Shown here: one piece after another, positions 26,705-35,726 of the stretch | How positions within the stretch are numbered: position 1 is the first letter of the stretch | Layout of the letters: the number at the start of each line of letters is the position of its first letter | Origin: an uncultured beta proteobacterium | Lineage (GTDB): Bacteria > Pseudomonadota > Gammaproteobacteria > Burkholderiales > SG8-39 | Reading direction: 5' to 3' | DNA length: 64,000 nucleotides | Assembly: GCA_903859155.1 (NCBI GenBank) | Contig: CAIOLO010000107.1 | Span: 3,177 to 67,176 of the forward strand | Made by a program: the position numbers and the translations under genes | Notes under the pieces: generated by a model | What the model saw: the letters and a program-made list of their open reading frames with translations, nothing else | Told to the model about the DNA's origin: nothing | The model's database searches: none

Positions 26705-27309
26705 GCACAAAAAAAGCAGTCAAGCAGACGGGGCGTAAAAAGGCCGCAACTTCAGCCAAGGTACGCGCCCCCGTCAGGAAGAAGCCGGGCTCGCCGATCA
26801 GCGTGACCGACGAGATCGATTTCATGACACGCGCCTGGATGATGGAGCTTGAGGCCGTCGAGCGTTATTCGACGCTGGCCGATGCCATGGAGGAGCATAA
26901 CAATCCCGAGGTCACGGAGTTGTTCCGCAAACTCTCGCGGATTGAACAGCTTCACGCCGACCAGATACTGGAGGAGCATCTCTCGAAACGGCCGCCGGTT
27001 CTGCCGCCCGGGGGGATACGCTGGGATGCCGGAGAAGAGGGGCCCGAAACCGCGGATCCGGGCGAGTTGCACTATCGCATGCAACCCTATCATGCGCTGC
27101 AGATAGCGCTCGCCTGCGAACAGCGCGCCTGCCAGTTTTTTACCAAGATTGCGCGCAGTGCGAAAAATACGGCGGTGCGCAAAGCGGCCCGCGAGATGGC
27201 GGCCGAGGAAGCAGAGCATGTGCAGCTGGTCGAGGACTGGCTCAAGCGAACGCCCAAGCCCGATCCTGATTGGGACCACGATCCCGATCCGCCGGTGCAA
27301 TCGGATTAG
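26701..27309 (+). CDS. ferritin-like/rubrerythrin-family di-iron protein with basic N-terminal tail
   Basis: 202 aa. It has two E..(30)..ExxH-type helices (MELEAVERY...RIEQLHADQ and ALACEQRA...AAEEAEHVQ). The N-terminus MSTKKAVKQTGRKKAATSAKVRAPVRKK is Lys/Arg-rich. The ATGA overlaps the korB stop. Confidence 0.65.
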   Translation: MSTKKAVKQTGRKKAATSAKVRAPVRKKPGSPISVTDEIDFMTRAWMMELEAVERYSTLADAMEEHNNPEVTELFRKLSRIEQLHADQILEEHLSKRPPVLPPGGIRWDAGEEGPETADPGELHYRMQPYHALQIALACEQRACQFFTKIARSAKNTAVRKAAREMAAEEAEHVQLVEDWLKRTPKPDPDWDHDPDPPVQSD

Positions 27310-27333
27310 AGAGCGACTGCGCAGGGGTTCGCA

Positions 27334-27729
27334 ATGGAGATTCTGCACCCGGACGATTGGGCGGCCCCGGTCGGCTATGCAAATGGAATTGCCGCCGATG
27401 CCGGCCGCATGGTATTCATCGCCGGGCAGGTGGGATGGGACGCGCAGCAGAAATTTCAATCTGCTGAAATCATTCCGCAGTTCGAACAGGCACTAAAAAA
27501 CGTGCTCGCCGTGCTCGCCGAGGCCGGCGGCAGGCCCGAGCACATCTGTCGTTTAACGGCGTACTGCTGCGACAAGCCGGCGTATCTCGCCGGCCGCCGG
27601 GCACTCGCCCCGATATGGAGGCAGCACATGGGACGTCATTACCCCGCTATGACCTTGGTGTTCGTCGACGACCTGCTCGACAGCCCGGGCAAGATCGAGC
27701 TGGAAGCAACCGCCGTGGTGCCCACATGA
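27334..27729 (+). CDS. RidA/YjgF/endoribonuclease L-PSP family protein
   Basis: 131 aa. GYANGIAADAGRMVFIAGQVGWD ... NVLAVLAEAGG..HICRLTAY fits the RidA fold signature. Confidence 0.8.
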   Translation: MEILHPDDWAAPVGYANGIAADAGRMVFIAGQVGWDAQQKFQSAEIIPQFEQALKNVLAVLAEAGGRPEHICRLTAYCCDKPAYLAGRRALAPIWRQHMGRHYPAMTLVFVDDLLDSPGKIELEATAVVPT

Positions 27730-28502
27730 GCGCCACCCTGACAGGTCGCGTGGCCCTGGTGACCGGTGCCGCGCGCGGCATGGGTGCGTGTATCTCCGCG
27801 GCATTGGCCGCCGAAGGCTGTTCGGTCGCCATGCTGGATCTGGATCGAGCGCAGGCCGCCCTGGATGCGCGCGTCAGTGAAATAGGCAGCGGCGCGATGG
27901 CGGTAACGGCCGATATCACCAGCCAGGAAGCGGTGGTGCGTGCGTTCGCCGCCGCGCGCGAGCGCTTTGGCCGTGTCGATATCCTGGTGAACAACGCCGG
28001 CATGGCGGAATCGGCGCCGTTTGGGCGTACCGATCTCGCGTTGTGGCAGAAGATGATTGCGGTCAATCTGACCGGCACCTACCTGTGCGCGCGCGAAGCC
28101 TACGCCACCATGGCCAAGCAGGATTACGGCCGCATCGTGAACATCTCCAGCACTGCCGGACTGACCGGCATTGCGTACGTCACCGCATACTGCGCGGCCA
28201 AGCACGGGGTTATCGGCCTGACACGCTCGCTTGCCCTGGAGGCGGCCAAGACCAATGTCACGGTAAACGCCATCTGCCCGGGGTACACCGAGACCGACCT
28301 GGTCAAGGATGCCATCGCGAACATCATAGCGAAGACCGGCAAGTCCGAGGCCGAGGCGCGCGCGGCGCTGGTCTCGGGCAATCCGCAGGGACGCATGATC
28401 CAGCCCTCCGAGGTGGCCAACGCGGTGCTCTGGTTGTGTCTGCCCGCATCGCAATCGGTCACCGGCCAGGCGATTGCGGTTGCCGGCGGGGAGGTGATGT
28501 GA
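27726..28502 (+). CDS. short-chain dehydrogenase/reductase
   Basis: I trimmed the start to the ATG (MSATLTGRVALVTGAARGMG), which overlaps the RidA stop. Carries NNAG, NISS and YCAAKHG (YxxxK). Confidence 0.85.
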   Translation: MSATLTGRVALVTGAARGMGACISAALAAEGCSVAMLDLDRAQAALDARVSEIGSGAMAVTADITSQEAVVRAFAAARERFGRVDILVNNAGMAESAPFGRTDLALWQKMIAVNLTGTYLCAREAYATMAKQDYGRIVNISSTAGLTGIAYVTAYCAAKHGVIGLTRSLALEAAKTNVTVNAICPGYTETDLVKDAIANIIAKTGKSEAEARAALVSGNPQGRMIQPSEVANAVLWLCLPASQSVTGQAIAVAGGEVM

Positions 28503-30013
28503 CTAATACTCCAGGAACACTGGCAATAGTCGGAACCGGCGTGATGGGGCGCGGCATCGCGCAGCTTGCCGCACTGGCTGGTGAGCGCGTGCTGTTGCAC
28601 GACGCCAATCCCGGTGCGGCCTCTGCTGCGCTCGCCGGCGTCGCCGCCGACCTGGCGAAGCTGGAGGCCAAGGGAAAGCTTGCCGCCGGCCAGGCCGCGG
28701 CGGCGACGGCAAAGCTCGAAATCGCACCTGATCTGGCGGCGCTTGCAGGTTGCTGGCTGGTGGTCGAGGCGATTGTCGAGAAGCTCGAAGCGAAGCAGGC
28801 CCTGTTCACGAGCCTGGAGGGCGTGGTCGGCGACGATTGCATACTCGCCTCGAACACCTCGACCCTGGAAATCGGCGCGATCGCCGCGGCGTGCCGCCAT
28901 CCGGGGCGCGTTGCCGGATTTCACTTCTTCAATCCGGTGCCGCTGATGAAAGTGGTCGAAGTCGTGGACGGCGCGCTCACCGCTCCGTCAGTGACCGAGG
29001 CGCTTGCGGACCTCGCGCGCCGCATGGGCCACCGTCCGGTGCGTGCCAAGGATTCGCCGGGTTTCATCGTCAACCACGCCGGCCGCGGCTACGGGCCGGA
29101 GGCACTGCGCATCGTCGGCGAGGGCATCGCCTCGTTTCGTGACATCGACGCCATCCTGCGTGAGGGCGCGGGCTTTCGCATGGGGCCCTTCGAGTTGTAC
29201 GACCTGGTGGGTCTGGATATTTCGCACGCGGTCATGGACTCCATGTACCTGCAGTACTACCAGGAACCGCGCTACCGGCCCTCGCCCCTGACCGGCGCGC
29301 GGGTGCGCGCAGGGCTCATCGGACGCAAGACCGGCAACGGCTTCTTTCGTTACGAGGACGGGAAACAGGTTGCGCCGCCGCTGGCGCCCGCTTTGCCTGC
29401 TGTCGACCTGCGACGCCCCGTGTGGGTGAGCGCCCGAGGATTGGGAGGGCGTCTCAGGCCGTTGATCGAAAAGATCGGCGCAGCGCTGGAAACTTCCGCT
29501 AAACCGTCCGCTGATGCGCTTTGTCTGGTCGCGCCGCTAGGCAGCGACGCCACCACCGCTGCCCTGGCCGAAGGCCTCGATGCAGCGCGCACCCTGGCCG
29601 TCGATGCCTTGTTCCCGCTCGAACGTCGTCGCACGCTCATGACCACGCCGGTGACGCGGCCGGAACTGCGCGATGCCGCACAAGCGCTGTTGGCCTCTGA
29701 CGGCGTGCCGGTGACGGTGATCCACGATTCGCCGGGGTTCGTGACGCAACGGGTACTCGCCCACATTGTCAACGTGGCTTCGGATATCGCGCAGCAGCGC
29801 GTCGCCTCGCCCGATGACATCGACGCCGCGGTGAAGTTGGGCCTGGGCTATCCCTTGGGGCCGCTCGCCTGGGGCGATGCGCTCGGACCGGATCGCATTC
29901 TTGCCATTCTCGAGGGACTGCTCGCTTTTTACGGCGAACCGCGCTACCGCCCGAGTCCATGGCTCAAGCGGCGCGCCCTGCTTGGCGTTTCGCTGCTGAC
30001 GCCGGAGGGCTGA
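28499..30013 (+). CDS. 3-hydroxyacyl-CoA dehydrogenase (NAD-binding domain plus duplicated C-terminal domains)
   Basis: I trimmed the start to the GTG that overlaps the SDR stop. Carries the LAIVGTGVMGRGIAQ Rossmann motif, NTSTL, FHFFNPVPLMKVVEV and PGFIVN, then a second PGFVTQR-type C-terminal domain. Confidence 0.85.
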   Translation: MTNTPGTLAIVGTGVMGRGIAQLAALAGERVLLHDANPGAASAALAGVAADLAKLEAKGKLAAGQAAAATAKLEIAPDLAALAGCWLVVEAIVEKLEAKQALFTSLEGVVGDDCILASNTSTLEIGAIAAACRHPGRVAGFHFFNPVPLMKVVEVVDGALTAPSVTEALADLARRMGHRPVRAKDSPGFIVNHAGRGYGPEALRIVGEGIASFRDIDAILREGAGFRMGPFELYDLVGLDISHAVMDSMYLQYYQEPRYRPSPLTGARVRAGLIGRKTGNGFFRYEDGKQVAPPLAPALPAVDLRRPVWVSARGLGGRLRPLIEKIGAALETSAKPSADALCLVAPLGSDATTAALAEGLDAARTLAVDALFPLERRRTLMTTPVTRPELRDAAQALLASDGVPVTVIHDSPGFVTQRVLAHIVNVASDIAQQRVASPDDIDAAVKLGLGYPLGPLAWGDALGPDRILAILEGLLAFYGEPRYRPSPWLKRRALLGVSLLTPEG

Positions 30014-30039
30014 ACACCTCCGGGTGGGATTCTGCCGGG

Positions 30040-31539
30040 TCAGCGCAGCAGCTTGGAGCCGAAAAAAAGCTTGGGCAGCGCACGCACCAGATCCAGCGAT
30101 CCTTCCGCCGCAAAATCCTCCAGCCGCAGGTGTGGATTGCGGGGGCGGATGCGTTCGAAGGCGGCGCGCGCCTGCGGGTCCGCCGGCGGCGGGATGGTCG
30201 CGTCGATCATGAGCTTCGAGCCCATGCGCTGCCAGAGCAGCGTGCCGGGGGCGCCAATTTCGGGAAGGCTGGGATCCATGGCGTGATTGTGGGTGCCCGG
30301 AATGGTCACGACGTCCATTTGCGGGTTGACGCGGGCGTTGATGGCCCACAGCAGTTCCGAGTGGTTGAAAATATCCACGTCGGCGTCGACCGCGATGGCC
30401 ACTTTCGGATGCTGGTATTCCGATGAAAGCGCCGCCATCAGCAGGTTCTTCGCTTCGCCGTAGAAGCGCGGCGTCATCTGGATCACGACGCCGAAGATTC
30501 CGGGGAGCATCATCACATTGTGCAGGTTGGCTCCCCCGCCGACGTCTTTCAAGCGGCGGAAAATGGTCGCGCTCATCGGCACCTTGTGGAACACGCAGCC
30601 TTCCATCTCGGAGCCGTTCTGCAGGTTCTTGAAGATGGCATCGCGCCTGCGCGTCATGCACTGGTACTCGATGATCGGGTTCTTGCCGGTGCCGGTGACG
30701 TAGTAATCCTGGAACTCGGAGAACGGACCTTCATCCTCGCGGATATGCGGCGGGATGTGGCCTTCCAGCACGATTTCGGCGTTGGCGGGCACCTCGAGGT
30801 CGACGGTCTCGCACTTGACCAGAGGCACCGGCGCGCCGAGGAAGCCACCGGCAATTTCGAATTCGTCGTCGCCATACGCGGCGGTCGTCCCGGCCGCGAC
30901 GTAGTACAGCGGATGATGCCCGATCATGATGGCAACCGGCATGGGCTCGTTGCGCTCCTGGTACTTCAGGTAGTTCTTCCAGGAGTGCCTCGGGTAGAGC
31001 AGGATGCCCGATTTGTTCGGACCCTTGATCTGCAGGCGGTGAAAGCTGAAGTTGCGCTTGCCGGTATCCGGATCCTTGGTGACCATGAGCCCGGAACCGA
31101 TCACCGGGCCGCCATCGCGTTGCCCGGCGATATGCACCGGGAGCTGGGTGAGATCGAACTCGCCACGCTTGAACTTCAAATCCTTTACCGGGCCGCTGTC
31201 GACCATCACCGGCGCGATGCGCTGCCCCAGTTTCGCGGCCACGTGCGGTATCAGTTCCTCCTCGGATACGCCGAACGCGACCGCCGCCTGCCGCACATTG
31301 GCCGGGGCCTGGCCGAGTGAGCGCCAGCCATGGGGCAGATTCTCGAAAAACAGCGCCTTGTCGCGGCATTGGTAGAGCAATGCCCCCATCTCGGTGAGCG
31401 GATCGACCGGCTTGTCGACGCGGATCAGCTCTTTGGCGGCGTCGAGTTCGGCGATCCAGCTGCGCAGATCGCGCTCGCTTGCGCGAGGACCGTCCATCGA
31501 CGCCTTGTCTTTCTGCTTGCGCTCCTGTGTGCTCGACAT
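30040..31539 (-). CDS. UbiD-family (prFMN-dependent) aromatic (de)carboxylase paralog 1
   Basis: 499 aa. N-terminus DLRSWIAELDAAKELIRVDKPVDP, with mid-protein EDEGPFSEFQDYY (EGPFxE loop) and a C-terminal region typical of the UbiD fold. Confidence 0.8.
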   Translation of the reverse strand: MSSTQERKQKDKASMDGPRASERDLRSWIAELDAAKELIRVDKPVDPLTEMGALLYQCRDKALFFENLPHGWRSLGQAPANVRQAAVAFGVSEEELIPHVAAKLGQRIAPVMVDSGPVKDLKFKRGEFDLTQLPVHIAGQRDGGPVIGSGLMVTKDPDTGKRNFSFHRLQIKGPNKSGILLYPRHSWKNYLKYQERNEPMPVAIMIGHHPLYYVAAGTTAAYGDDEFEIAGGFLGAPVPLVKCETVDLEVPANAEIVLEGHIPPHIREDEGPFSEFQDYYVTGTGKNPIIEYQCMTRRRDAIFKNLQNGSEMEGCVFHKVPMSATIFRRLKDVGGGANLHNVMMLPGIFGVVIQMTPRFYGEAKNLLMAALSSEYQHPKVAIAVDADVDIFNHSELLWAINARVNPQMDVVTIPGTHNHAMDPSLPEIGAPGTLLWQRMGSKLMIDATIPPPADPQARAAFERIRPRNPHLRLEDFAAEGSLDLVRALPKLFFGSKLLR

Positions 31540-31600
31540 ATCTCCTCCTCCATGCTCCGGCGTTCACATAAAGTTGACCCGCTTTTCCCGACCCAAGTGG

Positions 31601-33178
31601 CTATGCTTCTCCGGGCTGTTTTCCCGGCTCGAATCCGCCGACTTCGTGGTACAGGACCTTGTTATCGGCTTCATAGGCGCGCACTGTCGGCACTTGTCCG
31701 GGCAGTCCGAGTTCTTGCCAGCGGCTCGCCACCTGGTCGTAGATGGATTTGCGCAGCGTGGTGCGCTTGGAAAATACCGGCAGATGACGGTGTTCCTTGC
31801 ATGCGTTGATCAGCGCCTTGGATCCATAGGGCCGCTTTTCGGGCGGGTTCTGTGTCGGGTCGAGCCAGGTGCTCCAGGTGTTGCGCAGGATATCGATGTC
31901 GTCGGTCGGGTTGCAGCGGCTTGCCATTGCCCAGATGACCTGGTCCATGTCGGTCGGATCGATGTCCTCGTCGACCGCGATGATCCATTTGGTGTAATAC
32001 GCACCTCCCGGCCCCTGCGCGGCCAGGGCGAGTGCCTGGGCCGCATGGCCCGCGTAGCGCTGCTCCAGGCTGATGACCGTCATGCCGAAGCCGCCCGCCG
32101 CAGCTGGATGGGAATACACGCCGGCGATGCCGGGAATGCCCAGCTTGTCCAGGTCGTCCCAGATCTTGGCCGAACGGATCACCGAGAAGAATCCGCTTTG
32201 TTCGCACGAGGGGTAGTCCGCCATCAGTGCGTTGGTGAGTATCGGCCGGGAGCGGTAGTGAACCGCGGTGACATTCACCAGCGGGCAGCCGGCTTCCGGG
32301 CGGCCGTAGTAGCCGGGAAACTCGCCGAAGGGGCCTTCCGACCTGACCGAGTTCGGATGGATCACGCCTTCGATCACCAGTTCCGCATTGGCGGGCAACA
32401 GCAGGTCGGTGGTCTTTCCGCGTACCACGGGAATGGGCTGGCCCTTGATGCCGCCGGCGAATTCGTATTCCGAGACATTCTTCGGGAAGGTCTGCGAACC
32501 GACCATCATGAACAGAGGGTCAATGCCCCAGGCGGCCGCGACCTCGATTGATTTTCCCTGTTGCCAGGCACGCGTGATGTGCAGGCGCGCGTCCTTGCCG
32601 GGCGATAGATAAAGCCCGCTCTCGGCCTTGCCCTGCTGCATCATGCGATAGGTGCCCAGGTTGATGTAGCCCGAGTCCGGGTCGCGCGTGATGACGATGT
32701 CGCCGGTGCCCGCATAGCGACCGCCGTCGAGGGGCCAGTGGCGCGGAATCGGCAGCAGGTCCAGGTCGATCTGCGAACCGAGCAGGCTGTTCTCGAACAC
32801 CGGGGCCTGTGCGGCCTGCACTTCGCGCGGCACGATGCGCTGCTTGAGTTTTTCCTTGCAGCGGCGGATCAGTTCGACTGTCGGCGTATCCGCGGGTTCC
32901 TCGAGCGTGAGGGCTATGCGCTTGATGCTCGGCCCGAGGATGTTCCACAGAGAGCGTGCGCCGATCGGGCTTTTTTCAAAGCCGGCAATATTATCGAACA
33001 GGACTGCGGGCGACGGATTCTGCTTGGCCATCAGATAGGAGATCGCGCTCATTTCCTCGTCGCGGTCGACCGATTTGTTGACCTGCACCAGTTCGCCGAT
33101 TTTTTCGACGCGATCAAGCCATTCGCGCAGATCCTGCACCGGCGCCTTGTTCAGCGCGCTATCCACAATCTTGTTCAT
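31601..33178 (-). CDS. UbiD-family (prFMN-dependent) aromatic (de)carboxylase paralog 2
   Basis: 525 aa. Carries DLREWLDRVEKIGELVQVNKSVD and the SEGPFGEFPGYYG loop. It is co-oriented with paralog 1, 61 nt upstream of it. Confidence 0.8.
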   Translation of the reverse strand: MNKIVDSALNKAPVQDLREWLDRVEKIGELVQVNKSVDRDEEMSAISYLMAKQNPSPAVLFDNIAGFEKSPIGARSLWNILGPSIKRIALTLEEPADTPTVELIRRCKEKLKQRIVPREVQAAQAPVFENSLLGSQIDLDLLPIPRHWPLDGGRYAGTGDIVITRDPDSGYINLGTYRMMQQGKAESGLYLSPGKDARLHITRAWQQGKSIEVAAAWGIDPLFMMVGSQTFPKNVSEYEFAGGIKGQPIPVVRGKTTDLLLPANAELVIEGVIHPNSVRSEGPFGEFPGYYGRPEAGCPLVNVTAVHYRSRPILTNALMADYPSCEQSGFFSVIRSAKIWDDLDKLGIPGIAGVYSHPAAAGGFGMTVISLEQRYAGHAAQALALAAQGPGGAYYTKWIIAVDEDIDPTDMDQVIWAMASRCNPTDDIDILRNTWSTWLDPTQNPPEKRPYGSKALINACKEHRHLPVFSKRTTLRKSIYDQVASRWQELGLPGQVPTVRAYEADNKVLYHEVGGFEPGKQPGEA

Positions 33179-33305
33179 TGCTGCTCCTTCGGTTGTTGCG
33201 GCCGACCAGGGCCGCCGTTGTCATTGATTAGTCAGGCAATCCATCAGACATTTCTGTCCATCGTCTCATTCGAACCGGTCGGTTTCCATGATCCAGCGCA
33301 AGCTT

Positions 33306-35690
33306 TCATTGCATAGCCCCGGCTTCGCGGAATTGTTCGAATTCCTCCCGGCTCAAGCCCAGGAACTCGCTGAATACCCGCTCGTTGCCCCCGCCGAGCA
33401 GCGGGGCGGCTGAAAGCACGTCCCCGGGCGTCGCCGCAAGTTCGAAGGCCGGCATGCAGTATCTCTGCTCGCCGATGACCGGGTGATGTTGGCTGCGCCA
33501 CTGGCGCCTGGTCGCGAGTTGCGGGTCGACGAACAGGTCAGCCATCGAACTGACGGCATGGGCCGGAACCTGCGCGCGCTGCAATATTTCGGCACCCGCT
33601 TGCGCACCGATGCCGATAGTCCAGGCGGCAATTGCGGCGTCGATTGTGTTTTGACTGGATTTTCTGCCGGCGAGCGTTGCAAGGCACGCCTGCGCGGCGA
33701 GTTCCGGGCTGCCGATCGCCGTGCAGAGTCGCGCCAACTGCGCCTCCGACCAACAGGACAGGGCCAGCCAGTTGCCGTCGCTGCATTGATAGACGCCGTG
33801 TGGCGATGCGCCAGGGTCCTCATTATTGTTGCGGCCGGCTACCGTGCCGGACCGGTGGTAGTCGAGGAATGCACCGGCGAGGAACATCAGTCCCGATTCG
33901 TATTGCGAGACATCCAGGTACGCACCTTTGCCGGTTACGCGGCGGCGTTCGAGCGCGGCCAGCACCGCTGCTGCACCCATGGTCGAGGCAATGAAATCCA
34001 CGTAAGGGCCGTAGAGCAGCATGGGGGAACCGCCGGGACTTCCGGTGAGCCCGCACATGCCCACCAGCGCGGTGAGTTGCGAGCCGAAACCAGGGGTGTC
34101 CGCGCGCGGACCGGTCTGGCCCATATTGCAGGTGGAAAGCATGACCAGCGCGGGATTTTCTTTGCTGAGTGATTCATACCCCAGACCCAGCCGGTCGATC
34201 ACCCCGGGGCGCATGTTTTCGATGACGACATCGCTCCACAAGGCCAGACGCCGCGCCAGTTCTCGTCCGGCAGGGGTTTTCAGCTCAATCGTCACGCCAT
34301 ATTTTGAGTCGTTGAAATAGGCAAAGCACGCCCCGTTGTCGATGCCTGGCTTGCCACCCCGGTAGGGCGGATACTGAAGTCGAAAACCATCGGGTCGCGA
34401 GCGCGACTCGACGTGAACCGTGACGGCGCCGAAATTTGCCAGCATTTTTCCGATATGCGGTCCCGCGGCGTAGCTGCCGAATTCGACAATCTTCAATCCG
34501 TCGAGCGCGAATGGCGGTGTGGACGAAGGCGTTCGCTTCGCTGCATCCGATCCGGCATTGTCGCGTGCAACACGCCGCTGCCCGGACCACGGCCCTTTCT
34601 GCGCGCCAATCGAAGGGCGCTTGCCATCGACGATCACGAAGCACCCGCAATGGCGTTCGCTCGCGCCGCCGGGTACCGCGAGGTCCTGCCAGAAGTCACG
34701 CGCGGCCAGTTGTGGATCGGTGGCGTTGTCCGCGACGCTGGACACCGGATAGCCGAGCATCTCGCGCCGGTGTGTTTCTTCGAGGAAATCGCGCTTGGTG
34801 AGCTGGGCGAAAAAAGCCGCAATCGGCGCCTCGATGGCATCGATCTCGGCCTGCGCGCGGATCATGGGGTCCCAATTCCCGCAATCGATGGCGGCAAGCG
34901 CACCGAGCGGCGCGCCTGCGCTGCGCATCCACGCAAGCAACTGCTCCACAGTACGCCGGCCGGCCGGACCGCCGTAAAGGATGAAATTTACGTAACCGTC
35001 CCGGCACGGCCAGAATACGCGGAAGCGCGCGCGCGTCACCGACCGGCCTGTCATGAACGCCCCGGCACGGATGGGCGAGACGCCGTCGATATCGACGAAA
35101 GTGGGCGCGTGCGCGAGCGCCACAATCACCGCAGCCTGCGCCGAGACATCGACGAGTTGGCCGCAGCCGCTGCGCGCGCGCTCAGCCAGTGCCGTGAGCG
35201 CGCCCACCGCGGCCTGCGAACCGGCCCAGGGATACGACTGTGGAACGGAAATGCGCAGTGGCTCACCGTCCGGTTCGCCTGCGAGGGACATCGCGCCTCC
35301 GGCGGCCATGATCTCGAGGTCGGTGGCAAGCCAGTCGGATTTCGGACCCGCAAGGCCGAAGGGTGTAATGGCAACCAGGATAAGACGCGGATTGATTGCG
35401 GCAAGCCGGCCGTAGTCGAAAAGTGATGCTTCCACACTGCCGGGCCTGAAGGTGGCCAGCAGGATGTCGGCGCCCGCGGCGAGGCGGTTGAATTCCTCCA
35501 GGCTCGATGGCGCGTGCACATCCAGCCGCTGCAGGCGCTTGTTGATGTTGAGCGCCCGCCAGTCCGAACCATCCAAGCCGGTCTCGGGTGATTCGAGCTT
35601 CAGGACATCGGCGCCCAGATCCGCAAGCAGGCGGCCGGCCAGCCAGCCCAGCCGGTCAGTGCAATCCAGTACCGCGCAGCCATTGAGCAT
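33306..35690 (-). CDS. tandem-fused family III CoA-transferase (two CaiB/BaiF-type modules in one polypeptide)
   Basis: 794 aa. Module 1 begins VLDCTDRLGWLAGRLLADLGADVLKLESP and module 2 begins IVEFGSYAAGPHIGKMLANFGAVTVHVES. Each ends in a ..G(Q/A)(L/Y)(V/L)DVS segment. A Ser/Pro/Arg-rich linker lies between the modules. Confidence 0.85.
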   Translation of the reverse strand: MLNGCAVLDCTDRLGWLAGRLLADLGADVLKLESPETGLDGSDWRALNINKRLQRLDVHAPSSLEEFNRLAAGADILLATFRPGSVEASLFDYGRLAAINPRLILVAITPFGLAGPKSDWLATDLEIMAAGGAMSLAGEPDGEPLRISVPQSYPWAGSQAAVGALTALAERARSGCGQLVDVSAQAAVIVALAHAPTFVDIDGVSPIRAGAFMTGRSVTRARFRVFWPCRDGYVNFILYGGPAGRRTVEQLLAWMRSAGAPLGALAAIDCGNWDPMIRAQAEIDAIEAPIAAFFAQLTKRDFLEETHRREMLGYPVSSVADNATDPQLAARDFWQDLAVPGGASERHCGCFVIVDGKRPSIGAQKGPWSGQRRVARDNAGSDAAKRTPSSTPPFALDGLKIVEFGSYAAGPHIGKMLANFGAVTVHVESRSRPDGFRLQYPPYRGGKPGIDNGACFAYFNDSKYGVTIELKTPAGRELARRLALWSDVVIENMRPGVIDRLGLGYESLSKENPALVMLSTCNMGQTGPRADTPGFGSQLTALVGMCGLTGSPGGSPMLLYGPYVDFIASTMGAAAVLAALERRRVTGKGAYLDVSQYESGLMFLAGAFLDYHRSGTVAGRNNNEDPGASPHGVYQCSDGNWLALSCWSEAQLARLCTAIGSPELAAQACLATLAGRKSSQNTIDAAIAAWTIGIGAQAGAEILQRAQVPAHAVSSMADLFVDPQLATRRQWRSQHHPVIGEQRYCMPAFELAATPGDVLSAAPLLGGGNERVFSEFLGLSREEFEQFREAGAMQ

Positions 35691-35726
35691 GGTTTGCGTC
35701 CCGACCGGCCCTGGGCGCTTTGCCGC

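Noticed and set aside
30040-33178. The adjacent UbiD pair could be phenylphosphate carboxylase alpha/beta (ppcA/ppcB).
   Set aside because: No small gamma subunit, no HAD-like delta subunit and no phenylphosphate synthase genes lie nearby. The context is instead a CoA-transferase. The idea is not excluded, only unsupported here.
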